From Priapulus caudatus (Eukaryota), in NCBI RefSeq assembly GCF_000485595.1, contig NW_014577073.1, positions 24,829 through 78,743 of the forward strand: a DNA stretch of 53,915 nucleotides, written 5' to 3'. The notes beneath the pieces are model-generated. The model was given only the letters and a program-made list of their open reading frames with translations, was not told the DNA's origin and did not search any database. Positions 1 to 12,341 of this stretch are shown piece by piece. The translations under genes were made by a program, and so were the position numbers. Each line of letters starts with the position of its first letter. Position 1 is the stretch's first letter.

Positions 1-42
<42 letters not shown>

Positions 43-68
43 ACACACGCGCGCGCGCGCGCACGCAT
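1..68. repeat. (CA)n/(CG)n microsatellite
   Basis: Directly visible. Confidence 0.95.
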
Positions 69-1446
69 ACGATATTACAAAGCGCAGCAGAACCACGCCG
101 CAATTCAGCGCGATCCGACAAACCAACGCCATGTGTCACAGTGTCGGCTGCTGCAGCCGGTGCCAGCTGGACGCTATAATGGTGCATTCACCTTTATAGT
201 CACTATTACCCACATCTCGCAATATACTGTGCAAATCTTGTTTTTCCTTCCGCAGAAATGCTCGGTGGGGGAGATGCGGAAAGTACACAGTAAGAGAGTA
301 ATTGAGTGTCTCGCACTCATAAATTAATTGGTGGGGTTGCTCCGGATACGCGCAGAAAGTAGAGTCGTTATACTGCATAGCCACGCCGTCCACGATAATA
401 GCCGTGTATTGTACACGCCGCATTTTGTCAAGGAATTGGTATCTATAGCTTATGTACCGCATGTGACTGAAGGTCGTTCTTGTCACGTTTCCGTTCTATC
501 TAATGCCTACGTGTCGGTAATAGTTTTTAGTCGTATACGGTTGACTGCCGGACAAAAACGCCGGCTATAGTTATGAAACTCCTTCGCGTTCTTCACACGA
601 AATACTGTTGCAGATTCCCAAGGTAATAACTCTGTAGACATTGTGTGTTTTTCTTCTATTTACGTGGGAAGCTAGTAGTATGATGTTAGACAGCGGCAGT
701 CACGATGCCACTTCGCAATGCGGTTATGCGACAATCGATGCAAGGAAAAAATTAATAACACGATAATAATTAACTATCAATTAACCGGCAATTCGCTCAT
801 CAGCTGTGGAACACCCACCGTGACGCTATACACGCAGGTATGAGGATTTCACTGTCACGCGACGAGACGGGTCTATACGTGAATTGACAAGATCCACACA
901 CGAGAACCGGAATCGGGAGTCGCTGAAGTATCTTGCTAAACGAATAGACGACAGCGTTGGGGTAGCAAGCATGGTGTTTCAATCCCTACTTTATTTAGGT
1001 GTATGATGATTCATCAGATTCGCCATGCGTGTCTAACGAATCCGCTAAGATGGGTTCCCACAAACGTGACAATGCGTAAGCTTGTTTTCTCGTATGTCGC
1101 TTTCAATTGCTTCACACTTTGTGGGATATATTTATATATCGTGTAGGTTACTGTCATCGATCTCCATCCATATCATGTCATACAATATATGGGGCAGTCG
1201 CAAACAACGGCGAAGCAAATGAGACCTGCTAATCTTCTTAATAGATATTCCATGCACGCGTATAGAGTACTGACACAGATACGGAGGGTTATATACACAT
1301 TTAATAGGTCATTAGTGATTAAGAATCAACCGGAGGTCGCAGTGCACAATTATGAGCCGAACGTTACTTCCTAACGGAACATGTGTTTTTTTTAACACGG
1401 ACGCGTATTAACTATTAGAGAAAGAAATGTCATCCTCCTATTACCG

Positions 1447-1483
1447 CTCTCTTTCTCTCTTTCTCTCTTTCTCTCTTGCTCTT

Positions 1484-1538
<55 letters not shown>

Positions 1539-1571
1539 TCAAATCTCTCTTTCTCTCTGTCTCGGTCTCAC

Positions 1572-1606
<35 letters not shown>
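1447..1606. repeat. (CT)n microsatellite
   Basis: Directly visible; another CT-rich tract lies at about 10650-10900. Confidence 0.95.
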
Positions 1607-1611
<5 letters not shown>

Positions 1612-2451
1612 TCTGCACCGTGGGAATCAACGTCTTCCTCCACCCCAGCATCGTAGCTGTCCGACGAGAAAACTTCCTCAGGCGTAAATAGGAAACAAGA
1701 TGGCTATCAATAATTTGCCGATTAGAGCTCTATTTGGTCCGACACAGCGGAAAGAAACTGCCTCAGTGCTTTATTAATAATAACAGACGTTCAGCAAGAA
1801 TAGCCATTTTTGTGCAACGTCGTTAGACCATATTGGGCATTATCCCGCGCGCAGCCGAGAGAAAAGCTCTAGTACTCTCAAGTGTATGTAAATAACAATG
1901 GGGGCAGGTGCAGCTATAAGGGGCGGAAATCTTAATAGTGTTATTAGGTGCGCGCGCGCGCTCCACTTTTCAATCATGCGAAATTAGACTGATATTTGGA
2001 AGGTCGGGGGGAGACGCGACCGCCTCACCAGCACGTGACATGGCGTCGGCACAGCGAGAAGAAACGCATTACGGCGAAAATCATAAACCTTTACGAGCGT
2101 AGGCGCTTTCATAAAAATGAGCGTTCGAGTAGCAAATCAGATATTACGCTGTCATCGAATGATGATCGGAATTGAGCCATTATTCACCGGCTTCGGTGCG
2201 TCGCCGTCATTAGCATATGCCCTCACAATGGCTGCCCTAACAACGGCGCGACGCTGCATTGTGAACTACAAGATGTAATTTAGCTTGCATTCGATTCAGA
2301 TGCGCTTGTTTCGTGTGCTTCCGCGGAGTGGTTTTCGCTTGGTAGTGTTGGGCGTCCAACGCGTGTCGTATCGTCTGTCCGTACGCCTTTACAACAACTT
2401 GTATAGGCGTGCTGACGGGACATATCCTAGACGCTGAGTAAATTATGACTA

Positions 2452-2716
2452 AGCTAATAGCTAAGGCCCAAGGGCCCGTTGTCAGAAACATCCAAAATAG
2501 TTATGACTACGTATGTACGCACGTCGAAGTAAGGCTAAAGTGTCATGACCTTTGCACGCACTTCATTACAGACGTTGTGAAATTTTAGACTTATGATGAG
2601 AATACAATTCATGATGTTTCTGACAACGGGTCCTTAACTATAACGGGTCCTTAACTATAACGGGTCCTTAACTATAACGGGTCCTTAACGGGTCCTGGGC
2701 CTTAACTATATTAGCT
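2452..2716. mobile_element. MITE-like element with tandemly amplified right end
   Basis: GGGCCCGTTGTCAGAAACATC (2472-2492) is inverted at 2613-2633 (20/21), followed by about 3.5 copies of the 17-mer AACGGGTCCTTAACTAT. Outer inverted similarity TAAGGCCCA / TGGGCCTTA. Confidence 0.6.
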
Positions 2717-3361
2717 TTGCCATAACGTTTGCACGTCACCTCACTACAAATGTTAATGAAATTTTTAACACGTGCTATCATAACCGTTTATGTTGTTGCT
2801 AACGACGATTACCCGGATCGGAGGATCGGGGCAGTGGTGACGTCACCTATAGGTGTGTCGCTAGTTAATCTTCTCTCTCAGGCGTTCACCAGCGGTGTAT
2901 GTAAGTTGGTCTCATGATCTTATGATCGGTCTCATGATCATTGCAGATTTATTTGCGTGGGTGCACGCGAAATGTTAACGCCGCGCATACGTCGTGTCGT
3001 GCATGCCCGACATATATACGCAAACTTGATGGCCTGCTGATAAGATTTGACGAAACAATTATCAGAGGAAACGGACGGGGGCACCGTGCTGAGATGAAAT
3101 CAACGCTAGTGCATGCAAAATAATGCGAGACGAATGTCACGCTCATATGTAGATGTAGAAAATAAAGGCTTTTATTTATTATCTTTACATAGTTTATAAC
3201 GAGTGCGATAGAAATAAATCGTCCATTGCAATATTGCAAAAGCTTAGAAGGTATTTATAACTGTGCATTTTATTGATGAGTTCGTGGAAATATTTACTGC
3301 TAAGTCCTCGCGATTCATGTGACGTCTTGTCATGCTCTTTCGCTAATGTGAAGGGTGTTTA

Positions 3362-3688
3362 ATGTTACATATAGACAGCCTGTTCTGCTAGCATCTATAA
3401 CAAATACGACATACGCATATACGCTCTCATATGACACTATTTGTCACAGGAAGATTCTTCCTATGACAAATATTGTTGTATGTGTTGTGCGCATCATAAG
3501 AGTTTAGGAGCGCTATTATGAACGCAAGCAGTGAATTTCAGCTGTAAAGCGGAACGAAGTTGACTCGCCAATATTTGTCTTAGGAAGAATCTTCCAATGA
3601 CAAATAGTGTCATAGAAGAGTGTATATGCGTATCGGTATGTCGTATTTGTCATAGATGCAAGCAGAACATGTTGATATAGAGTAACAT
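3362..3688. repeat. Long imperfect inverted repeat (foldback or old MITE); arms about 3362-3475 and 3569-3688
   Basis: For example ATGACACTATTTGTCACAGGAAGATTCTTCCTATGACAAATATTG pairs with CAATATTTGTCTTAGGAAGAATCTTCCAATGACAAATAGTGTCAT; spacer about 93 bp. Confidence 0.8.
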
Positions 3689-6600
3689 ACATGGACATAG
3701 TGATAAGTACGTACTTACGTTTATAAGTATTTCTGTCGGAGCCCCCAAATCATTAAACAAATATCCAAATGTAAATTTAATTATCCTTTTAAAATGCCTT
3801 ACTTGCAGTTGAATCTCACGTTGTTAACTGTCACCATCGCATATAGACTGGATCCAAGTCGGTTTACACACGTAGTCTATAATCATCGCATGGTCGATGA
3901 GTCAGTCTGCACCAAAATCCCTGAACAATGCTATTTTGAACGCATGGCCGCGAGCGTAGAATAATTAGTCAAAATAATTATATTTTCTTGTTTTAATTTA
4001 CATTACGGGCATCGGACAGAAAAAATAGTGAAATCGTGGTATAAACGCATAGTAGGGTGTTTGATAGCGATGACGGTAATGTGGTATTATTATGCTATAA
4101 ACAACTACTTAGCACGGTGGCGCGGTCTCGCAAAAGGATAAAGGTAGGTCCTAATAGAGGTAACGATGCCTGTGCGTGAAGAGGGATTTGTGAGAGTATA
4201 TGTAACACCTGCATCGTCTGTGCGCTTGGATTGATATTTGAGTTATTGGTATCGTCTGTGTGTCTCTTAGGTTGGTCCGCACATGCTCATTAATGTCTGC
4301 AGCAAATGCACCTTTCTATAATATCCGATTGTCACGTGATCCAAGCAGGCGATCGCGTATCGTCTAATAATTAATTTCTCAGAGACCTCCCAACACATAA
4401 CTATATATAATAACATGTTACATTGTTTGATTCGGTCGATTACCCGAGTTGGCCCTATTAAAGGCAACTCGGCACTTAGACTGATTCGCTGTAATTGTTG
4501 GCGTAGATGGAAAACTTTACCCGGTCATCATTAAAACATTAAATCTGTTCCGGACGACACTTACATCGTTTCACTCGACGATTAGCGATGATGTGAAAAT
4601 TACGAAACGGGTTTGAAAACTGCATACATTTAATTTCATTGTAGCGCATTTTAAAAATAATGCGCGGCGAAAATCTATTAAGATAATCGTCCGTCTGTAG
4701 TTTTTGTGCAATCACGAAGCCTTGATCCCGGCTCGTTTATGGAACCATGTTTTCAGAGCCATATAGAAACTATGTCAATTAAATGATGCACAGTTATACA
4801 GCAAGGCTAAACTATAACCGCTTCAATGCGGCATGCAACTAAAGCGTTTTTCTATAGGGAAATTTATTTAGCAAAAAATCAGTATACGCTTATATCAATC
4901 AACAGCATGAGTATATTTCGCAGCAGGAAGCTGGCTCATAACTGGCAATAAAAGTGTCTGGGGAGCAAGTCAAAGGTGCATGAGCCATGGTATTCCGCAC
5001 GAGTTGGTGTCTTTGGATGAAAGCAAAACATGCATACAGACGAGGCAGAAAACAAGGAAAGCAACAGTTAAGCCACGCACAAGAAAAAGTGAAAAACGAA
5101 AAACGAGTAGGTAAATAAGAGAGAGAACACGAGATCACGGGTCGGAGTCGACAACGGATTCGTGTGCAGCTAACTGTAACCTTATTACGTGTAAAGATTA
5201 GTTTGAAAACTCGGCATCATTTTCAATTATTCCTACTATCACATGCAATTAAAGCGTGGCAGTGGTGCCTAGCCTTAGCGATACCATGACACAAACCAAG
5301 AGCAGTTTACCTATTGTCTCGGCGTGCGTGCCTATCAAAGCTATCATCGCAATTTTTCCATCTACTGAACATCGACACTGTCTTTTGATAACATCCATCC
5401 TGTTACATGTTTTCGCACAGGTCCCACCACCTAGAATTTGCACACAAAGTTACAACTGTTTACAGATAAGGTAATATGATTCACAATTTCGCGATCCCGC
5501 TCAATAAATTGTATCGGGTTCCACTATTCGACGCGATGTCTGGCTTTAAAGTGTATCCATTTTAATTCGTGGCTCGTCTGAGTGATAGGCTATAGAGCGT
5601 ATCGTGAGTGATGTGGCGAAAAGCCGACATCCTTTATAGAGAATTGGTAGGCTCTACTGTAGATAAGGCTGGTATCTATCCACGGAACCTCTCTGAATCA
5701 TACCTGTGTCCCACGCCGCAATACGCGCACAATGTTATTTAAATTACCTTACTACTACAGTTTCCCTTCGAGTTCTTTTCCGTTAAGGATGTCAAGGAGA
5801 ATAGCGCCGCGTGAATAATGAGAAATGCCGCATCAGGAAAGGCCTTGTCACAAACCGCGTCTGTGTGGCTAACCCGTAGTTAGAGTATCGGCGCAAATGT
5901 GCGATTTAGTCTGAAACTGGAACAGAAATCCTACACACGTCGCTCGCATATACGCTTTCATTTATTTACAAAATGATTGCTTTGTTGTGTTAATTGCTAA
6001 GTTCTATTCAATCTACCGCTGAGGTAGTTCAGAGCAGTTTACGCGATAACTATGAAAGACAACAATGTCAGATTTGTGTACTACATGCTTGCTTTATTAT
6101 TGACATGTACAATGTATACATTTATTTTACATAACGGTATCTGTATAATATTTACACTCGTATAAATACTCGTCGGTAAAGCTTTGGTGTTTTAAAAGAA
6201 AACGCGGGTGAACACAACATTTCGTTAGAATATGCACAGATGGCTTCGAGTCAAACCTACTGCCTGTATCATACATTGCTTATAGTAATACGCACGTTAA
6301 TTCGCCTGTGAACATCACTTCTTACCACGCTTCATCTATCACACAAACATATACATAACTTTATATGCCGTCTATAAACAAACACGCTCGTACGCATGCA
6401 CACAAAAGCACACAGGCATGCATGCACACACAAGCGCGCATGCACGCACGCTCGCACGATTCCACAGACGCTCGCGTGGTTATAGTGAAAACGACTTGTA
6501 ATGATGATGCCGTGACGTGCAGTTAATTAGACATTTACACACTATGATTAACGCATTAAAACCGACCAAATCAACTAGAGTCCACGTAGCCAACGGGGAC

Positions 6601-7970
6601 TCAGGTACTCGCTCACAATATACGCTATATGGCTTATGCCGTTAATTCAACAGCCAACAAGTGGTAAAACGATCCAAACGTACGCCAATATTGATAATAA
6701 AATGCGTTTTACAACACGCCGCGTGCTACCAGTTAACGTAGAGGAATATCTTAGTAAACATTTTACTTAACAGATTGCTGTCAACTGCAGGATCAATTCC
6801 ATTCCCCATTACTCATCAACCCTCCCTTAATATGCACCTCAACGAAATAAATATATTCATTAGCATTTCCCCGTAGACGCTTACAATCTCGCCTCATTTA
6901 TCTAGAATCGCACTGTCTTTATGTAATTACGTGTATTCATAAAATACATCGGGTTCGCCTTCGCAGAGCAAACAGCTGCCTGGATGACCAGGCGGTTACA
7001 TGAGAGCAGTCTGATATCATACTCAGGGCTAATTACGACAATGCGAAAAGTAGCCATGTGCGACGCGTTAAATGTCAAGAGAGACCTCGAACGGAGAAGC
7101 ACTTAGATGATTTCGTTACTGCAGATAAACCATATCGAGTGATGGACGTTTAATATCACGGAAAATATATCTGACTCCGCACATAACAACACCTATTTAT
7201 ATTAGCAGCTGTTGTTAGCATCGCTGCAGCGTAATATCAACGATATTTCTAAAGCACAACACATATATATTTAGGCAGCCGTAGTTAACATTAATACATG
7301 ATTAATTTAAAATCAATAATATTCTTATACGATAAAGAACGATAGTTAATATGGATGGCTGTCGATATTACCATCCTAATATGTTTAACATCAACGATAT
7401 TACTGTGTACTATAAAGAACGACACCTAATATGGTAATATAGCAATACGGCAACTACTGCCAACGCTGCTAAATCCGCATTTTCTGTCAGTCAGGCTATA
7501 ATTTAGTTACATATCAATTCTTTCCGTCGCCATGTTATTTTTTCATCACGCCATCTATGTACAAGGGACACGGCAAAATGGCCTAATCGATAAATTATTA
7601 AAGCTAAAGCTGAAAATCAACCCCACTCAACAGCCTTGAGTTTAAAGACTGAAGGGAAGAAGCAAGTGCAATACCAACACGATTGCACGTTTATCAAATA
7701 GGATTTCTCTTTGGTGAAATAACCAATACTGGTGCGTGCATTACAGACTTCTAACGTAGTCGGGCAACTCTAGATCGGAATAAAAGCGGAAAGATATAAA
7801 CTACGAAATCGATCTCGTTACTAGAGAATATATCGCTGCCAATATATACAATCAATTCATCGACGGGGCACGGCCAGTACGCGTTGCGCCCCGACCACCA
7901 CGCACCGTTACGCAGCGATGGCGGCGGATGCGTATGTACACCCGCGTTACGAGTAATAACTAGTAGGTTT

Positions 7971-8153
7971 CAGGGGAGAGATAGTGAAAATAGAAATAAG
8001 TTGTGGATATAGAAATCGGTTAACCCTAACCCTAACCCTATCCCTAATTCTAAAATAAAACAAAATTAGCTAAAAATAATAAAAAATAAAATAAACAAAA
8101 AACAAAATTAGCCAATCAGAGCCGTCCCCTAGCGGATCACTATCTCTCCCCTG
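7971..8153. mobile_element. Small TIR element containing a (CCCTAA)n telomere-like tract
   Basis: Perfect 17-bp inverted ends CAGGGGAGAGATAGTGA / TCACTATCTCTCCCCTG and internal TAACCCTAACCCTAACCCTATCCCTAA near 8021-8047; no TSD seen. Confidence 0.65.
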
Positions 8154-8978
8154 TGCAAAATTCATTAATAACAACGGTCAACATCTTAATCGCCTGTTAA
8201 AGATTGCGGATCGGCAGAAATTCGCCCGCAGCGCCAATGCGGCAGCTGGATCGTGAGAACCCCACGGTTTGCGGACAATTTCCTACCTGTAGTAGCGAGC
8301 AATAGGGCCGGGTCAACGACTATAACGACAGCGCTAAAAAGAAAGCCTCCGTCTGTTTATTGTCCGGCGGCGAATGCGCACGATTTCGCGTGGTTTGGCC
8401 GCGGCGATGAATATGCGACAGCAGCTAGTTAGAAGGAAGGCAGGGAGCTGCGATACAGCGCTCACTGAGAACCTCTTCTGTTCATCTCTGCGTACTGTGC
8501 GGCTGCGTGTGACTCGATCTGCCGCTGAATTGCCGAAACTGTTTCACACTGACGAACTGAAATACAATTGATATTATTCATCGGGAGAACATCGCCGGTT
8601 AGCGGGAGGAGGAGGAGGAGGAGGGGGAGGGGGAGAGGGAGAGGGGGGACGCGAACTAACACTGCGGTTCGTGTCGATCTACAGCCGGCCACAATGCCGC
8701 CGCTGTCTCGCATGTCAAAAGCCTCGCTCGTTAACATAGCTTCTTAAACGCTTAGCAAAATACGCAGCTCTATTGCCCGCGCAAATCGCCCATCGCTGCA
8801 GCGAGTATTGGCACCGCGCCGCGCCTAAAATGATGTCAATCGCGTCGCTATAGACATCGTTTAGCGCGCATCGTGTGCGTGGATGTCGTGGTATGGTGGT
8901 GGGGGGAGGGGGGTAAGTGCGCGAAGTAATGATTACTGTGGTCCGCATCGCGTTTTCCGGCGACCGTCAACAGAGACG

Positions 8979-9322
8979 TACGAAAGCCCAGAAGGCTCAT
9001 GCGAAATGCGAAATGCGAAATCTAAAGCAACCATTCAGAGAATGTGTTGGTCTTGACGAATCGCATGGCCGGTATTAATTACTACAAAGACAAAGATGGC
9101 GGCCATTTCGCAGAAAATTGTACTGGGCCAGTATTTCTAAAAGTGGTGGGCCAGTTTTTCGTTTAAATGAAATAATTTGCATTACACATAAATAAATTCA
9201 TCTTTCTAGTGCTCCCGTCAGGTGTTTTCACCTTAGACCTCGTAATCTTCATCTCGGATTTTGCATTTTCGCATTTCGCAGTTCGCATTTCGCATTTCGC
9301 ATGAGCCTTCTGGGCTTTCGTA
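8979..9322. mobile_element. MITE with 41-bp perfect TIRs and 6-bp TSD (superfamily unassigned)
   Basis: TIR TACGAAAGCCCAGAAGGCTCATGCGAAATGCGAAATGCGAA at 8979-9019 and its reverse complement at 9282-9322; GAGACG flanks both sides (8973-8978, 9323-9328). Confidence 0.85.
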
Positions 9323-9430
9323 GAGACGAGAGCAAACCGAAATGATTCGCTAAAAAAAAGAATATTACGAGTAGATTCACGTCGCGTTTCTGTCGCTTCT
9401 TCTCAGTTGCCTTTTTGTGCTGCACAGTGC

Positions 9431-9486
<56 letters not shown>

Positions 9487-9487
9487 A

Positions 9488-9546
9488 TATCAAGAGCGTA
9501 TAAAGAAGGCTTATTCTTTATTATCCTTCTTTATACGCTCTTGATA
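9488..9546. repeat. 22-bp perfect inverted repeat with 15-nt loop, embedded in a (TA)n tract
   Basis: TATCAAGAGCGTATAAAGAAGG ... CCTTCTTTATACGCTCTTGATA, with TA runs on both sides. Confidence 0.85.
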
Positions 9547-9903
9547 ATATATATATATTGATGTTTATCGATATTTTGTCATTTAATGGCTCTTATGGGT
9601 ATTACCTACCCGTACCAAAAACATAAAGGCAAAGTATTCTAAACTATAGGCATAGGTTTAATTTGCTAATCACAACAATAACGAGAAAGCGTATACTGCT
9701 GCGCCCGTGAAATACAACACCGCAGCAATTTCCTATGAGAGAATCAACCTTCACAATGATTTTCTATACGAGTTAGTGCATCCGAATGCCACGAAATTTT
9801 TAAACCCCACGTATTCCAGTCTGCGTTTCCCGTATATTATTCTGATATATCAATTAGCGCATTACTTGCAAATGCAGAAGATATGGGGGATATATGTTTG
9901 GTG

Positions 9904-10547
9904 CAGAGGCGTAAATCAGTACCGAGGAGTGGGGGGATGATTGGCGATAGCCGGGGCTAAATTAACCTTGGCTGCCGCAGGCAGGCCCGCGCGCCGTAGG
10001 CATGCCAGTGCTAGGGGGGTCTGGGGGCATGCCCCCCAGAAAATTTTGAAATATTTAAGCCATTTTCCCTGCAATCTGAGGCATACTGTGGGCCATATTC
10101 TCATGTCTGATGACACTATCTTAACCCTAGACTCAACCCTACAAGTTAGTATTCAAAACACTTTTCATGACTTTTCAGAGAGCATACACAGTTAGGTTAC
10201 TATAGTAATAATACATGTATTAAAACAATTGCAATTTCTCACAATTTCACGTGTTTCTGTATGTTTGCAACCATACTTTTTGTGGCTATTCTTTTTTTTT
10301 CTTTTTTTTTGAATCTTAGGGGGGACATTTATACAGGCCATTTGTACCATTTGTACCAATACCATTTGTACAAGTACAAGTTACCAAGTACAAGTACAAG
10401 TTACCAAGTACAAGTACAAGTTACCAAGTACCATTTGTACAAGTACCAGTACCATTTGTACCAATACAGGCCATTTATACAGGCCATTTATACAGGGACA
10501 TTTATACAGGCCATCCCCCCATCCCCCCGCGGGGATTTACGCCCCTG
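9904..10547. mobile_element. Non-autonomous hAT-superfamily DNA transposon (644 bp)
   Basis: 14-bp TIRs CAGAGGCGTAAATC / GATTTACGCCCCTG (13/14 match) and an exact 8-bp TSD GTTTGGTG (9896-9903, 10548-10555). CAG termini with an 8-bp TSD are typical of hAT. Internal short tandem repeats at 10334-10512; no transposase. Confidence 0.88.
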
Positions 10548-10661
10548 GTTTGGTGCAAGATTATGCTACCGAAAAGAACTACATTTATCATTATTTCTTT
10601 GTACGCTTAATATTTCTCTCCGGCTATCTCTTTCTGTTGATCTCCCGTTTCTTACTTTCTG

Positions 10662-10695
<34 letters not shown>

Positions 10696-10757
10696 ATTCG
10701 ATCTCTCCCCCTCCCCCTCTCTCTCTCTTTAGATCTCTCTCACTCTCTCTATCTCAC

Positions 10758-10793
<36 letters not shown>

Positions 10794-12341
10794 ATTCTTT
10801 TCTGTATATCTCTCGCTTTCGTTCTCTTCATCCTTGCTTCCTATCGCGTATATCGCCCCCTTTCTTTCTCCTTCGTTCTCTATCTCCTTATGTCTCTCTC
10901 ATTTTCCCCCCTGATTGAAATTACACGGCGACGCCTATCGTGGTGTTCGGTAACGTATCAATGACGCGGACATATAATCGTGTAGCTTACATGCGACACT
11001 ATGCTGAAGTGCTAACAAGCACGGCAACACTCGGAACCGACCGGTTTTTAATAATCGCGTTTTCAACTCAAATTTACTCTAGTAGCGCAAAAAAATTCCA
11101 TTGCATGATGTTGGGTTGCGTGTGGGTTATGTCGACAGCCACCCACCGGAACGCCCACGTTTTTGTGTCTGTAACGACTGTCAGAACTAAAGCCGTGTGT
11201 TTAATAATAGGCTTTTTTTCTTATAAGTCTATATACCTAAGGCAAATATTACTAAAAGCGGATTTTTTACGTTTAAGACAATGCATATATATTCTTCTAC
11301 TTTCTAGACGAGGGTAAGCGAGCAATATGAGGGCTTGGTTAGTTAGCCAATACAGCACAGTTAGCGGACGTAATACAAAACGAACATGTGTGCCTGAAGA
11401 GGCTTAAGGTGTGTGAGACGGCGGCACCATATTGGCACCGTAGAAATATTGTTTTAGCGCATATGCACGGCTAGCTAGGCTAGGCTGTGTGTGTTTGCGT
11501 GCAACGGTAGCGCATGTGGGCATGCTCGTCCGCACGCCCCTCTTTCACGATACACGTCACTTGTGAAAAATACGTTGTAAAAAACGACAACTGTTTAGAA
11601 CCGAATGAAAGGGACAGCCAGGCCCATTAAAGGCCATTAAGTAGCGTGCAGGGGCGGCGAAGGCGTTACGAATAATACCGCATAAAGAGTTACCAGCTGC
11701 CGTGCGGGAGCAAGTGCCGCGTCGCCACTGTTGAGCCGATATACGGGCCGTCGCAACACCTTTCTGGCACCACGACTTTCCACTCAGGGGGACCCTCTCC
11801 CACATGGCCCCCTTCCCCTCCGACAGTGTCCTTTTCAAGTGTAAAAAATATTCGCCATGAATACGAAATTAATTACATTTAGAAACGCTAGCTAGATTTT
11901 TGATATTAAAGAAAAACACCGCCGTCTCGACGTAGAAAAGCCCGACGCAACGTGAAGTGCCCGAATAATTAAGTGGCCACAATACGGTGGGAGCTCTCCC
12001 CCTCCCGAAAACCTGCTATCCGTCAACTGCACATGAATGTGTAAGCTATCCATTTATCTGCGTTCTGCACTGAATACATTACGGCGGGAGAGTGTAAACT
12101 CGGCTGGTACTCGTGAGCGCCTGAAAGCCAGCAGGTACCGCGAGCGAGCGCGGCAGTGCCGCATTCAACCCGACAAGTGAACAATAATCATTCCCGCATG
12201 CATTTTCGAGTTGCAATCGGCACCTCGTTTGAAACCAATGAATAGCAATGAGCCGGCCACAATGGCGAGTCGCCACGACTCGACTCGGCCGTCGTGTGAC
12301 ATCTTCTGCTCGCGACGCGTCGAATATATATAAGACGATGC

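Noticed and set aside
2634..2690. TAACTATAACGGGTCCTTAA resembles the I-CeuI site in bacterial/plastid 23S rRNA (TAACTATAACGGTCCTAAGG)
   Set aside because: Needs two insertions to match, has no flanking rRNA similarity, and is explained by tandem amplification of the MITE end.
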